From the NCBI RefSeq assembly GCF_009914755.1, contig NC_060926.1: 64,000 bases of DNA, one strand, 5' to 3'. The notes below the pieces were generated by a model that was not told the origin of the DNA, did not search any database, and saw only the letters and a list, made by a program, of their open reading frames with translations. Of the stretch, positions 14,526 to 28,300 are shown one piece after another (the first letter of the stretch is position 1; each line of letters opens with the position of its first letter). Origin of the DNA: the human T2T-CHM13v2.0 reference genome, Homo sapiens. The translations under genes were made by a program, and so were the position numbers.

Positions 14526-15954
14526 GTAGGATTGAACTGAGTGAAAATTACAAGGTCTAATAGGTGAGGCTCTTCAGTAAATCGGGCTAGATAAGACTAG
14601 TTAAGTTAGATGTGACCAAGTAAGGTAAGGCAGGAAGCATGGATGAAAGGTGATCATGCATAAGAAGTGCCTGGTCTCTTGTACTACTTGGAATTCCAAT
14701 GAGATAAACATTATCAGCCCCATTTTTCACATTAACTAAGACTCAGAGACTTTCTCTGCTGCAGGTAGAAAGCTACCTAATGGGTAGTAGGACCATGATT
14801 ATTAAGCCAAACTCCAGGATAGGGAGGCTGTGTAGAATGAAGAACATGCCAGGCCATCTCTGAGGAAGTGACAACCTCCTGGTCTGCAGTTTGTAGAGCT
14901 TGTGTTTGTTTGTGTGTCTCAGGAAGTGTTTTGGCTTACTGTGGGTCTGAAACCAGCCAGGCTGTGAAGTGGGGCATCCAGAAGCAGGGAGCGCTGAAGC
15001 CGATTTCACCCCTGCACATTCGTGCCTTGGTGACTAGTGGTGCTCTCTGAGACCTTTTGCATTGCCCTACACACATGGGGGCAGCTGCTGGCCAGGGTGC
15101 CAGTCCTCAGAGAGCAATCTACTGAGCCCTGAGCAGGAAGTCACCAGGTGCTCAGACTTTGGAAAATTCACGTACTTCTGAGCCCTGCAGGGAAACAGAG
15201 GTGGGCTTTCTACTCCTAGCCCAAGGCTCTTTAGTTACCCTTGAGGAGTGGCGAGGACTGTGGGATGCCCTAGAATAGTGGTTGTCCAGCCCCAGGCTTG
15301 GAATATCAAACAAAGGCACAACAGAAGTGTTCTGGTAAAAGGGGATAATCCATAAAGGATGTTGCCAGAGAGTTTTTAAAAATGTCTTCAGAATTCTCTT
15401 AAATTAGGTTTTTTTTTTAATTACCTACTTATCCTTCAGAAACTTGGAACAGCCCCATTTCTTATCAACATATTCCTTGTCAATTTTGCACAGGCACCGG
15501 CTTCTGGTGCCGAGGGTGATGCTTAAGTATAAGGCAGCTGGAATGTTTTCCCCTTGGGTTGAGGGGAGTGATAGGAATGCTGATGTGCTGCAGCTCTGGG
15601 CTACGGATGGTGGCTGGTGGCAGAGGGGAGAGCCTGAGTGCAGTAGGCAGTAGCGTCTGGGGGCAGGATGGGGAGAAGATGGGGGGGCGGAGCTGTAAAT
15701 GACAGAGTGAGTGGGGGCTGGGTGCTAACCTCTGATTTTGGTGTTCCTCTAAACTCCTCCTATCCACTGATTCTTAGCAGTGAATTCCCAAATAGCTGAT
15801 TTAAGGGATGCTTAGGAAAACTGCCTAATGGCGCTTTTTTCCCTCCTGCCTGGTTGGCTACGTCATCATGCTGCTTGACATAAAATTAGGGCTGGAAATG
15901 TTTTGGGGGCCTGAGATGTAGGCTAAAATGTGGCAGAGTATATGTGCACATATG

Positions 15955-15956
<2 letters not shown>

Positions 15957-16008
<52 letters not shown>
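15957..16008 (+). repeat. (TG)26 microsatellite
   Basis: Perfect dinucleotide run read directly. Confidence 0.98.
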
Positions 16009-16011
<3 letters not shown>

Positions 16012-16889
16012 TATGAGATGCAGTGAGTAGGGTAGTAAAGTACCGGTCTGGACTGTCTGCAAGTTGTCTCACCCTCTCCTTCTTGTCCAGCCAGGAAATC
16101 TGTGTGTCCTTGTCAGGATTAGATATGATAAGGATGGGTGGTAAACAGAAAGAGGATCATACCTCCCCTTCATGCTGTCGTCAGAACTGGACCAGATGGC
16201 TATTCATATTTTAGGGTCAAGCACCTGATAGTTATTTGGACTGTTTGAACTATGTGGGGTGGGTGGGTACGTTCAGGTAGGAGGAAGTATAAGGAATTCA
16301 GTTTAGAAGGCGCAACTGTGGGGATGGGCCCCCTTTTCCCCACTCATAGAGAGATTTCTGTCTGGAGATGTCAGTTCCACTTGGTCAAGAGGAGGTTTTC
16401 CCTTCCCATCCTCACCAGGTATTGAACCCCTAACTCCCACCCCTGATGTGGGGCTCATGCATGTCTAGGGCTCTGAGGTTATAGAGAGGTGGAGTCACTT
16501 CCCTGCATGTCCCCCATTTCCTGCACCTTTTTCATGCTTCCTAGTCACTTCTGTGCCCCTTTTCATGGTTTTCCTCAGCTCCAGTCAGGTGTTCAGGCAC
16601 CTGAAAACCAAGCAGGGAAAGGAGCTTTTCTATGCAGAGCTTGATATAGGGATTTCCTTGAGTCTGTTTCTGCTTCAGTGTGGGTAGAAGGCAGCATCAA
16701 GGTATCAGTGTGAAAGCAAAGGGGATGGAAATGTACAGATTGATATGATAAAGGCAATGCCATGTGTCAACACAGGCCTGCCTGCTCTGTCCTTGTTCAC
16801 TTGAAAGGGTTAACTGGGCATGATCAGATGTAGTCATAGTGATTCTTAACTGACAAAGTCTGTTTAGATATCTAAGAACTGATTTTGGA

Positions 16890-17230
16890 GGCAGATGCAA
16901 ATTCAATCCCATCTATGTCACTTGTTAGCTGTGGGACTGTAGGCAGATTATTTAACTTCTCTCAGCCTCAATTTCCTTCTCTGTAAAACAGAGGTAACAA
17001 TAGAACCTATCAGATGAGGGAAATGTCAGTAAAGCTCTCAGCACAGAGCCTGGCATATAGCATACTTTTAGTAAGTTATTATCAGTCCTGTTTAATTATG
17101 TGGCCTTTGGCAGGCCATTTAAGTGCTCTATGCCTTGTTTTCCTTATTTGCAAAAGAGGAAGAATGTCTTCCTTAGGTAACTAACAAGGATGTATGAGAA
17201 GGCACTTTGAACAAAGCATAACATGCTATA
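16890..17230. mobile_element. Two adjacent MIR fragments
   Basis: ttatttaacttctctcagcctcaatttccttctctgtaaaa...cagcacagagcctggcatatag; second core at ~17100-17160. Confidence 0.7.
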
Positions 17231-18527
17231 TAATCAATAAAAGCAGGATTATCATTTTCCTAGAACTACACTAAAGCAATTCTGGTGGTCTCAAAAGTGT
17301 GCTTATCTGGCTGCAGACTTGGGTCGTGATTTAGAGATGCCTGTGGAGCTGCTGGAGGAACTAGACACATGGGAAATAGTGATAAAGGCTGCTAAAGACA
17401 GAGGGCCCTGCCCTGACTGTCACTTCCTGCTGCTGCCACTAATGGCTTTGGGATTTGGCTTCTTCCTACCATGAGGCTCTTGCCACTGGAAGGTGGTGAG
17501 TGCCATCCTCAACTCTTGTTGCAGCATCTAAATGATAACACGTCTAATTTGTACACTTTATTGCCCTTTTCCTTCTTTGACTCTGGTACTAACCAGGCTA
17601 TCTAACTGTAAGAGGGTGGGCTGAAAAAGTAAAAGGAAATGCAATTCAGTCTTTTCAACTTTGCTTTATCATTGCTTAACTTTGATTATTGCTTAGAAAA
17701 AGTTGAAAATATTGTTCATAATCAGTTCAGTATTTTTTTGAAATTGATTTCAATTATCTGTAAAAATTCAGAAATACAACTCTGTCAGTTAACGAGCCAG
17801 CTATAGAACAGATTCTCTTTGTAGATCCTGAAGTCCAGCTTGAAAGGAGCTCCTAGTTTCCATTTATCTTGCTATGTATCTATAACATATCCCATCATAA
17901 ATGCAGCAGCCCATCTAGTAAAGGGGACATGAGAACATTGTTCACGGTATCAAATATGTTTAAATTTTTTTCACACTCTGAGCAGAGCTATTGCCCTTGT
18001 CTATATTTTCATAAATTAGCTGTACCAAATGCCACTTTCCTATTCACCATATACAGTAGTAATTAGTCAATTCAGCTTGATCCAGAGTTCATTTTCATAA
18101 AGGAAACAAACTTTTGAAAGTGTAGCTCAATACGAAGGATTCTATCAAGACACCTGGAAGGGACCAACAGTATATTGTTTTTAAGGATAATTTGCTCTGG
18201 AACACTGCCAACCCATGCTAAAATGTGCAGCCTTTCTCCAGTAAGTTGCTCTTTTCTGAGTATTTGGGAAATTGCTAAAGCCATTAATGTTTATGGATCA
18301 TCATGTGGCAAGTAGGAGATCTCTTCCTCCCCTTTTCCCTCCCCATTTCAGAGATCTAGTTTAGTTTCATTTTGTTAGTTTTTAGTTTTTGTGGCACCAT
18401 ATTCTAGACTCAGAAAGCAGATCATCTGTCTAAAAGCCATGTGCTAAATAAATGTTTGTTGAATGAATGAGTGAAAGAAAGAGTAAATAAAATGATTGAC
18501 TTTTGAATGCAAAAGTAATGATTGACA

Positions 18528-21510
18528 TGGAAATAGAATGATGGTTGCTAGGAGCTGGAGAGGAGCAAATAAGGAGTTTTTGTTTAATGTGTACAGAGTT
18601 TTTGTTTTCAAGATGAAAAGAGCTCTGGAGCTGGATGGTGGTGATGGGTGCACAACAATATGAATGTATTTAATCCACAGAACTGTACACTTAAAAGTGG
18701 TTAAGAAACAGTGATGTTAGCAAATGAAAGAATAGGCGGTTCCAACCCTGAAAGCCACACAAAAACATTGATTTTGACAATTATCCATGTTAAGAATACC
18801 CCTGTGGTAACTCAGGAGTCCAGTGGAGAGATTCTAGAACCCCATTTGAGAAAAAAAATCTGAGAATAGATACCTTGAAGAGGAGAATAAGAACAGTTTC
18901 ACCTTACCTGTGTCACATCTCTGTCGAGGTGGCACAGCTCAATGCCAAGAGAGACCACCTTGGCCTGTGATTTTTCCAGTGGGGTAGAGAGTGTAGTGAC
19001 TATCTGATTTCCAGAGCCTCACAGGACGTTGTCCAAGATGCTCGCTTCTGCCTTGCCCCACCCCTAGATCACTAAGGGGATTGGCATGTTTGAATAGTCC
19101 AGGGGAACCTAGGAGCAGGGAAGAGAGGCAGGAGCTCACAAAAACCATTGCGTAGATCTCAAAATCTGGCCACAGATCCTGTTAACTGACGGTGAACTCC
19201 ATCAAGGGGCCCAACCATGAACCCCATGGGATGCCTCACCTGCAGTCACGTGCTCCCTCAACTGGCTGTCATGTGCCCCCAGCTATCTGTGTATATCCCT
19301 AAGTGGTGTACACAAGCTTCTGAGATGGTGTGTGCCTGCTCTTTCAGACAGCACGTGAATATCAGCACCTAGCTCAACTCTGGGATGCAGAGAAGGTGTA
19401 CAAATGTGAACAGTTCAGGACACTGCCGTGGGGAAAATAAAGGGCAGTGCCCTGAAGTGTTGATTAAGTAAAGGCCAGTGTCCTAAGGTGGAATTGAGAG
19501 AAGGCCAACAATACTAAGATGCCCCCCACTGCCTGCAAGAGGGAATGAAAGAAGTGGGACAGGTGTGTCCATAAATATGAAGATCATTCTCTCCCTATAC
19601 CAGTCAGTAAAGACAGGAGGAGGAGACTGCTTCTTCAAATGTGAAAACAGCAACACAAGCCTTCAAGGAAAATGAAGAATCAAGGAAACTTAACACTACT
19701 AAAAGAAAAAAATAAAGTCCCAGTAGCTGGCCCCAAAGAGGTGAATATCTATGAACTGCCTGATAGAGAATTCAAAATAGTTGTCTTAAAGAAGCTCTGT
19801 AAACTACAAGAGAACGGAGACAACTAAATGAAATCAGGAATACGATACTGAACAAAATGATAAGTTCAGTAGAGATAAAAATCATACAAAGAACCAAACA
19901 AATTCTGAAGCAGAAGATACTGTGCTAAAGTGAAAATTCTACAGAGAGCCTCAATAACAGACTCAATCAAACAGAAGAAAGAATCAGTGAACTTGAAAAC
20001 AGGTCAATTGAAGTGATTCAGTAAGAGGGAGAAACAAACAAACAAAAGAATGAAAAAGTGAAGAATGTATCTGTGACATATGGGATAGTATCAGACAAAA
20101 TTCCAGAAGGAGCAAAGAAAGAAGAAAGGGACAGAAAGCATATTTAAAGAAATAGTGGCAGAAAACTTCCTAAATCTGAGGAGGGCAGTGAACATCCAGA
20201 TCCACAATGCTCAAAGAACCCTTAATAGGCTGAACATCAAGAGATCTTCTCTGAGACATATCATAATATAACTGTTGAAAGTCAAAGACAAAGAGAATTT
20301 TGAAAGCAGCAAAAGGGAATCCTCATAAGACTACCAGTGGATTTCTCAGCAGACTCCTGCAGGCCAGGAAAGCATGGGGCAATATATTCAAAGTGCTGAA
20401 AGAAATTAAAAAACACCTGGCAACTAAGAATACTTACTTTTTAGAGTGCCTGTTGTTAAAACAAAACAAAACAAAAGGTAAGTGTTGGCAAGCATATGGA
20501 GAAAAGAGAACCGTGGTACACTGCTAGTGGGAATATAAATTGGTACAACCATTATAGAAAACAATATGGAGGTTCCTTAAAGAATTAAAAATAAAACTAC
20601 CATATGACCTGGCAATCCCACTTCTGGGTATTTATCCAAGGGAATTAAAATCAGGATCTCGAAGAAATGTCTACACTCCCATGTTCTTTGAAGCATTATT
20701 CACAGTAGCCAAATATTCACAATAGCCAAGAAGCAACCTAAAGGTCCATCTACAGATGAATAGATAAAGGAAAATTTTTATATATAGATATATAAAACAT
20801 TTACATACATATATAAAACATTTTCTTTATCCTTTCATCTGTAGATGGACCTTTAGGTTGCTTCTTGACTAAAGCATACACACATATATAATGGAATATT
20901 ATTTAGGTTGCTTCTTGGCTAAAGAATATATAGATATACATATATATGTATATAATAGAATATTTAATTCAGCCTTAAAAAAGAAGGAAATGCTGTCATA
21001 TGTGACATGAATGGACCTGGAAGACATTATGCTAAGTGAAATAAGCCAGTTGCAGAAAGACAAATACTGCATGATCTCACTTATATGTGGAATATTCAAA
21101 CTCATAAAAGCAGAGAATAGAATGGTGGTTACCAGAGGGTAGAATGGTGATAACCAGGGGCAGGGGGAATGGGAAGATGGATGCTGGTCAAGGAGTACAA
21201 AGTTTCAGCTATGCAAGATGCATAGATTCTGGAGATTTATTTACAGCATGGTGGATAGATAACAATATTGTATTATAGACTTGAAATTTGCTAAGAGGGT
21301 ACAACTTAAGTGTTCTCACTACACACACCCACAAAGGGTAACTATGTGGTGTGATGGATATATTAATTAGCTTGATTGTGGTGATTAGTTCACAGTATAT
21401 ACAGGTATTAAATCATCAAGTTTTGTACCTTCAATATATACAATAAAAATGGCTAAGATGGTAGATTTTATATTATGTGTATTTTACCACAATAAGAAAA
21501 ATTGGAGAAA
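18528..21510 (+). mobile_element. L1MB-like 3'UTR fragment (18528-18706 and 21445-21510) split by a nested L1
   Basis: ctgtacacttaaaagtggttaaga resumes as aaaaatggctaagatggtagattttatattatgtgtattttaccacaat. Confidence 0.75.
18707..21444 (+). mobile_element. Internally deleted L1MA-like element (5'UTR, ORF1 remnant, ORF2 end, 3'UTR)
   Basis: L1M-type 5' start gtgatgttagcaaatg...aatagg; ORF1 remnant ~19650-20430; ORF2 C-terminus and 3'UTR from ~20450. Degenerate 14-bp TSD at 18693-18706 and 21445-21458. Confidence 0.8.
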
Positions 21511-21654
21511 AAAAGACAGTGATTGATAGTTGGCTACTTTTTTTTTCTCCTAAATGTTGGAGATGAGGATGAAATTACAAGTACTATGATCCCTAGGTCA
21601 CACTTTACTTGTCCTGCCTATAAAGGGGGAGGGGAGAGGGAGTAGATGGACATT

Positions 21655-21830
21655 AACATTTATTAAGCGTCAACTATGGGCTAGGCACTGTGTTAGGACA
21701 GTATATATGTATTAGCTCATTTGATCCTCAAGACAATAATGTGAGATTGTGTGACCGCCTATTTCACAAATGAAAAAATATACGCTCAGAGTAGTCAAGT
21801 TGATTGCTCTAAGTCACACAGCATGTCCTG
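21655..21830. mobile_element. MIR
   Basis: catttattaagcgtcaactatgggctaggcactgtg...gctcagagtagtcaagt. Confidence 0.65.
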
Positions 21831-22000
21831 AAAACCAGTATTCTAGTTTACACTTTTGCATGATGCTTCTTACATACACACATTTAAGGCAGAAAAAATA
21901 CATTCCCAAATTTCTGTTAACATTTGGAAGCACGCAGGCTTAATTAACCTTACAATTTAAAGTTACATTCATTGATGTTCACTCTAAAAAAAATTCATCA

Positions 22001-22157
22001 GGAGGATGAGGCAGGAGAATGGCTTGAACCCGGGAGGCGGAGCTTGCAGTGAGCGGAGACCGTGCCACTGCACTTCAGCCTGGGCAATAGAGCGAGACTC
22101 TGTTTCAAAAAACAAAAACGAAAACAAAAATGAAAACAAAAAACAACAACAACAAAA
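22001..22157 (+). mobile_element. 5'-truncated Alu (Y-like right arm)
   Basis: ggagaatggcttgaacccgggaggcggagcttgcagtgagc with an A-rich tail. Degenerate TSD aaaattcatcagga / aaaagtcatacagga. Confidence 0.9.
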
Positions 22158-23142
22158 GTCATACAGGAGAGTGAAGAAAGCTGAGGTTTGCTTCCCACCT
22201 TCTTTGGATGCTTTCCTGAATCCAAGAGATTTTAAGTTCAGGTTTGTAAAAACAATAGCATTAGACCCATGTACTATTAAGACAACTTTTGTGTTCTGAC
22301 TATATTGATCTTTCTGAGGTATGTTGTGACTAGAGCAAAAGTAACCAGTAGTGACTGTTAGCCTGTTTTTGTAACATGGGGTCCCATGTGGAAAGGAAAA
22401 TCTCACAGTGTGTTCCACATGAGCATCCACTGAATTGATGGCTGTATTCAGTTTCACATGAGACAGTGACTCCGGGAACAAGGCACTGGATGGATGTCAG
22501 GTCTTGCCTGTGTCTGCCTTCTCTCTAATGGCATAATCAGGTCCCTTTTCTCCTGAGTTGGAGAGAAAAGAATAGTGTCTCTACATTGTGGTTCTCTTGT
22601 CTCCTGCTAGAGAGGGAAGAAAAAGGAAAGGAGAAGAGGAGGGCAGGGAGGGAGAATCCTCTGTAAGCCACATAAAATTATATCTTCTCTTTAGTCTTGA
22701 GTTGTAAATACTGTACCTGCCACACCAGATAAGTCACCAACTGTATGCCAAGATGGTTCTGAGAAGCTGAGAATCTGATTTAAAATTTTAAAATACGATA
22801 TTACTTTTTATTATAGATACAATATAATAAGTACATTAAAGGAGATTTAAAAATCAATTCAGCAAGCCAGTGGTCAGCCTAACCCAATGACAGATTCCAC
22901 TGTTGCACAAGATCATGCCTTTTTGAACACTATTATTTCTGGTTTATTCCTCAGCCACCTTTTTTTTTTTTTTTAACTTCTGTGATGATGTTTACTATCT
23001 CTGAAATGGGTTGAATCTGTCTGACTTGTCATTGAACTCTCCCTCTTTGGCCCCTAGAGATAATGTGTTTGCAGTTCAAGGAACTCACCTGAGTCTTGCC
23101 TTTAAGTCTTGCCTGGATTTGTTCAGATAAAAAAAGTAGCAA

Positions 23143-23179
23143 TAGTAGTAGTAGTAATAATAATAATAATAATAATAAT
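23143..23179 (+). repeat. Compound (TAG)n(TAA)n microsatellite
   Basis: Read directly; lies next to a MIR at ~23200-23350. Confidence 0.9.
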
Positions 23180-23574
23180 TAAAGCGAACACTAATAATAT
23201 TATATTATTATTTCATTTAATCCTCCTTTGAGATAGATGAACTGTCATTGTCTATGTATTGGTGCTCAGAGAGGTTAAATAACTTGCCAAGGGCTCACAG
23301 ATAGTGAATAGTGAAGCCAAAATGCAAATCCAGCCTGTCTTGCTCCAGAGAGAATATAGAGTGAACACAGATAAAATTTCTTAGTTACCAGGAAGTTGAG
23401 TCTCCATTAATAATAAGAAACAATTATGGCAGAACCAGATATAGTATGTGGTAGACACAAGATCTAAACAAAGAATAACCTCACACCTTTCAGGCCCTTT
23501 CTATATCAAACATTCTTGCTCCCAGTTGCTTTTGCTTTGGTTGGAGTCTTACTCATTTTCATCTAGTAAACTCC

Positions 23575-23844
23575 CCTCTCCAGGATGGAAGCCACATGAG
23601 ACTATTGAGCATTTGAAATGATGCTTGTCTGAAAAGAGATGTGCTATAAGTAGAAGATATTAGATTTAGATTTTGAAGACTTAGTATGAAAAAACTATAT
23701 AAAATATCTCATTAACAACTTTCAAAGTATTGATTGCATGTTAAATTTAAAAATACTAAAATTAATCTCACCTATTTTTCAATATGACCATTAGAACATT
23801 TAAAATTCTTACAATTTGCATTATATTTCTACCGGACAGAGCTG
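23575..23844. mobile_element. MER33-like hAT-Charlie DNA transposon
   Basis: gccacatgagactattgagcatttgaaatg...ttttgaagacttagtatgaaaa...atttctaccggacagagctg. Confidence 0.75.
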
Positions 23845-25424
23845 CTTAGATTTACTAATTAGTATCTTTCTCCTTTCAGTTCTGTAGACCTGATGAAAGG
23901 TTTGTCCTCAAGAGCTTTGCCTTTGGGACTGGTTTAGCCATTTGAGGCTCTAAAAGTCAGTGTTAAGCCCCTAAACTTACTGTATTTAGTTTATTTATTT
24001 TAACAAGGTTAACTGTTTATACCCAATACAGGAGGTGATAAGGAAAGCATTTTTGTCTGTCTGCTTTAGCCCCTGCTTTGCTCTGAAATTAAATCTCTGA
24101 CCAGAACATGGCTGCTACCCTGTCCTATGACTGCATGATTGATTTTTCTTTTCAAACTGAGACGTGTGCTGGGGAAATAATTCTTTATTTTTCTGCTCAA
24201 GGGCCAGCTGAAGAATTCCAAGTTGTCTTTGAAATGTTTAGGAAATGGTGTAGCCTGTTGTTAACTCTTTCTGCTAGAGAACCTTAAGCATTAGTGGTAC
24301 TGCTATTGCCATCAACTGTTTCAGACATACCTCTTAAATGTTGTAATCCAGAAAAAAGTCACAGCCTCCCTGCTTAAGGAACTTGGGACATTAATGAAGA
24401 GGCAGACTTTCTGATCTAGTAGGCAGTGACAAAGACCAGTAATCAAGAGTGAGATGGTGAGGCTCAGCAAAGAGAGTGAGCTATGTGGTCTGCAGTGTTT
24501 GGGGTAGGCTTTTCGAAGGCAGTGAGCCTGGAGGGATTAGTAGTTTTTGGACTGTTCTAAAGTTAGTGATGTAGGCTAGGATGGTCACAGAGATGGACAT
24601 GATGTTGCCAGGGGACAATTTGGGGAGGGAGGGAAGTAGCCCCTGGGAACCAGTCACAGGTAAGTGTAAGTGAAGTTGGAGGTAGGGATAGATGGTAGGG
24701 GTCTAGAGTCTGAATTCGATTCAGGGGGAACCCAATTGTATGTTCCTGGACAGAGCCAGTCAATGAAAACCCCAGTCTTATGTTCTGAGGGACCGCGTGT
24801 GATTTTCGCATCTTCTGTTGGTCAGTGTGGAAGTTGACACAATGGCAAAGCATTAAAACATTTAAATAAACAATTATATAGTACTTATATGTGTCAGACA
24901 ATTTATTTTTAAATAAATACATAATTTTAAAACAAATACATAATTATATCATAGCAAGTGAAACTGTTCCTTGCTTACAGTAATCAATTTAAAGCCACAT
25001 ATTAAGTTAATGATACTGTAAAAGGCAGGTAGATGTAACAAAAATCTTAAAGGTTTTCATATTGCATTTTACTGATGGGCAACTGAGACTCCAGAGGCCT
25101 CAAAACTTCACACAGCAAATTTATCTAGCAGTGGCATGCAGGGTAGGTTGAGGGTTGAGCAAGGAGGTCAGTTAGCAAATTCTTCAGGAGTGAGGTGATG
25201 GGAGTCTTGTTCTAAAGTGGCGAGAATGGAGAGGAAACATGAGAGCTGTTGGTTGGGCCATTGTTCAGGCAGCTGTTGCCATGTGTCTGTTTATTTCTCT
25301 GTGCACTTGGGTTAATCTGTGATGACCATTTAAGGTGCAGACTCCTGGTGTGTGGCAGTGGTTCTGTATGGCGAATTGGGCAGGTGCCAAGAGGGAATTC
25401 ATAATCCATCGCTGACATTATGGA

Positions 25425-25640
25425 GTACTTACAGTGGGCCACACATCCTATGCTAAGTCCTGAATTACCTCTTTCATTCCTCACCATAACTCAGTGAGGT
25501 ATCTGCCATTATTCTCCCTCTTTTACAGACGAGGGAACCAAGGCTCAGTGAGCTTCAGTAATTTGCCACAAGTCACACAACTAGGATTCAAACCCAAGTC
25601 TGTCTGACCGCAAGGTCTTTAACCATCATGTATACTGCCC
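25425..25640. mobile_element. MIR
   Basis: ttttacagacgagggaaccaaggctcag...aagtcacacaactaggattcaaaccc. Confidence 0.75.
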
Positions 25641-28019
25641 GCCTCATTATTGATTGATAGTAATGACTGTTTATAGCATCTTTCTCATGTTTCTTCCTTA
25701 TTTAACCTCGAGTAGGGGTTTCTATGACTTAGCTTGGAACTCAGTATTGAAAACAACAGAAATTCACCAGGCAAAAAGCTCCATTTCTAACCCCCTGTGC
25801 AACATACTTATGTATCTTATTCTATGGTTTATATCATCATTAAAGTGGCTCTACTTGGCCCTTTAAGAAGCTAATTAATCACTAAATATAAACCACAACT
25901 TGTTCTTTTCAATCCTCTGCATGTTTCTTCCCCCCATTGTGTGATGCCATCTGGTGCTATGAGCTCATGCTTTTTGTGTTCCTTTTCAGAGAGCCAGATT
26001 CATTGCTCTCTAAACCCAGAAAGCCAGTTAATTTCAAAGTTTGCATGTATGACTTTGAAAAAATTGGAATCTAATGCCTCCTTGTGGATTTTAACAGTAT
26101 AAATTATTCCTTAACATAACACTGCATGGAACTTCCGTCACCATCTATGTATATATATGTGCTTGTCTTTTTATCAGAAAGACCTAATTTGTCTTTGGTT
26201 GCTTGATATGTTCTGTCAAGCAACTACAGGTCTTTCCCTGTAAGATTTTTGTGGTTTCATTTTGTCAATTTAATGTGTGTGCTGTAGGGAGCCAAACCTT
26301 AATAATATTGCTTTCCTCTTCAAATCTATCTGACTTTCTGCTATGACAGTGGAACAAGTGTTTAAGAACAAGGACATAAAACAGCTAATGGCAGGTCTCT
26401 GACACTGCTGGTGAGCTGTCTTTCATTCCCACTTTCTCTTCTAATTCTGCCTGAAGTCTCTAATCATCTTCCAAGGGAGTGGAACACCTGGACCATAGAA
26501 CATTTTCTTGCAAACTCAGCTGTGGAGCTCTGGGCTTGCTACCAGACCCACACTCTTTGGAGTCCTTGAGTACTGCTTGTTACTGTCAGCCCACACCTCA
26601 TCATTTTCCCTACCCTCTTGCTCTTTTCATTTCAGAATTCTTGGCACTTTAAATTTAGCCTGAGAGCCCCATGGAGAAGGAAAGGCGATTTGGTGATGTG
26701 TGCACTACTTACCTAATTCCTGGCACATGCAGAGGAAGCAGGAGAACCCTGGGCCAGCTGCCACCTCCTTCCTGTTACTCTTCTTGCCCACTGGGATCCT
26801 GCCCATTACAAGCACGGAACAGAGGAGGAGATGGGTCTTGAGTATATTTGCAGTGATTTAAAAGGGACCACACATTTCCCTAGCACAGAAGCTGTTCTAA
26901 GGCCAGCTCTTGTGAGTCTGAGAAAATAGTTTCTCCCCACTTCACACCCTCTCTCCAGCATTAAGCAGCTTCTGTGAGATGCAGGTAGGATGAAGCCACT
27001 GAGTCAGCCATGTCGCCAATCCAATCTCCTTCAATTAAGAATCAGCTTTGTTTCCAAAAGAGCACATGTTGGTTCTAAATTGGAAAGATTGTTTTTTATT
27101 TCAAATTGACAGTACATGTAGCAACTCTAGCTTAACTATCCACAAAATTAAGATGCATGTCTAGAAAACTAAGGACTGCTAACATTTCTGAGTAATAGTA
27201 TTTAATATATAGAGTTTGGGTAACAGCATTTATGTTAAAGCTTGGTTACAACCGAGTAATAGCCTCAGGCTAGTTACTTAACTCTCTGAGCTTCGGATTC
27301 TTTTACTCATTTAGTGTAGTTAATAATACCTTTATATTTAGCTCACAGGGTTGTTGATGAGTAGCAAATGGATTTTGTCAAATACTTTTTCTGCATCTTT
27401 GAGATGATCAGGTGGTTTCTGACCTTTATTCTGTTGATATGGTATATTGTATTAATTGATTTTAATATATTGAAATGATCTTGCATTCCTGAGATAAATC
27501 TCACTGGGTCATGGTGTACAACTCTTTTCAGATGTTGCTGAATTCAGTTTGCTAATATTTTGCTGGGGAATTTTGCATATCTATACATAAGGAATAGTAT
27601 GTAATTTCCTTTTCTTGTGGTGTCTTTGGTTTTTCATATCAGGGTAATAATGGCCTCATAGAAAGAAGTAGGAAGTTTCCTTCATGCTCTATTTTTTTTT
27701 TTTGTTTTGAAGAGTCTATGAAGGTTGTTAATTCTTCCTTAAACATTTGGTTAAATTTACCAGTGAAGCCATCTGGTCATGGAATTTTCTTTGTGGCAAG
27801 TTTTTACTAAGTTAATTACTAAGTCAATTTCTTTACTTGTTATAGATGCGTTCAGATTTTCTATTTTTTCTTGAGTCAGTCTTGGAGTTTTATATTTCTA
27901 GGTATATGCCATTTTATCTGTTTTATCTAATTTGTTGGCATGTAATTTTTCACTGTGTTCTCTTAAGCTTCTCTATATTTCTCTAAGATTGTTAGTAATA
28001 GCCTCTGTTTCATTCCTGA

Positions 28020-28300
28020 TTTTTTTTTTTTTTTTTGAGACAGAATCTTGCTGCCTTGCCCATGCTGGAGTGCAGTGGCACCATCTTGGCTTACTGCAAC
28101 CTCTGCCTCCCAGGTTCCAACAATCTTTGTGCCTCAGCCTCCTGAGTAGCTGGGATTACAGACATGTGCCACCATGCCTGGCTAATTTTTTGTACTTTCA
28201 GTAGAGATGGGGTTTTCCTCTGTTGGCCAGGCTGGTCTTGAACTCCTGGCCTCAAGTGATCCGTCTACTTCAGCCTCCCAAAGTGCTGGGATTATGGGCA
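28020..28300 (-). mobile_element. Alu (S/J-like) nested in L1
   Basis: Poly-T tail and standard Alu dimer motifs. Confidence 0.93.

Noticed and set aside
15659-15722. G-rich tract as a G-quadruplex element
   Set aside because: Such motifs are common, and nothing else here supports a function.
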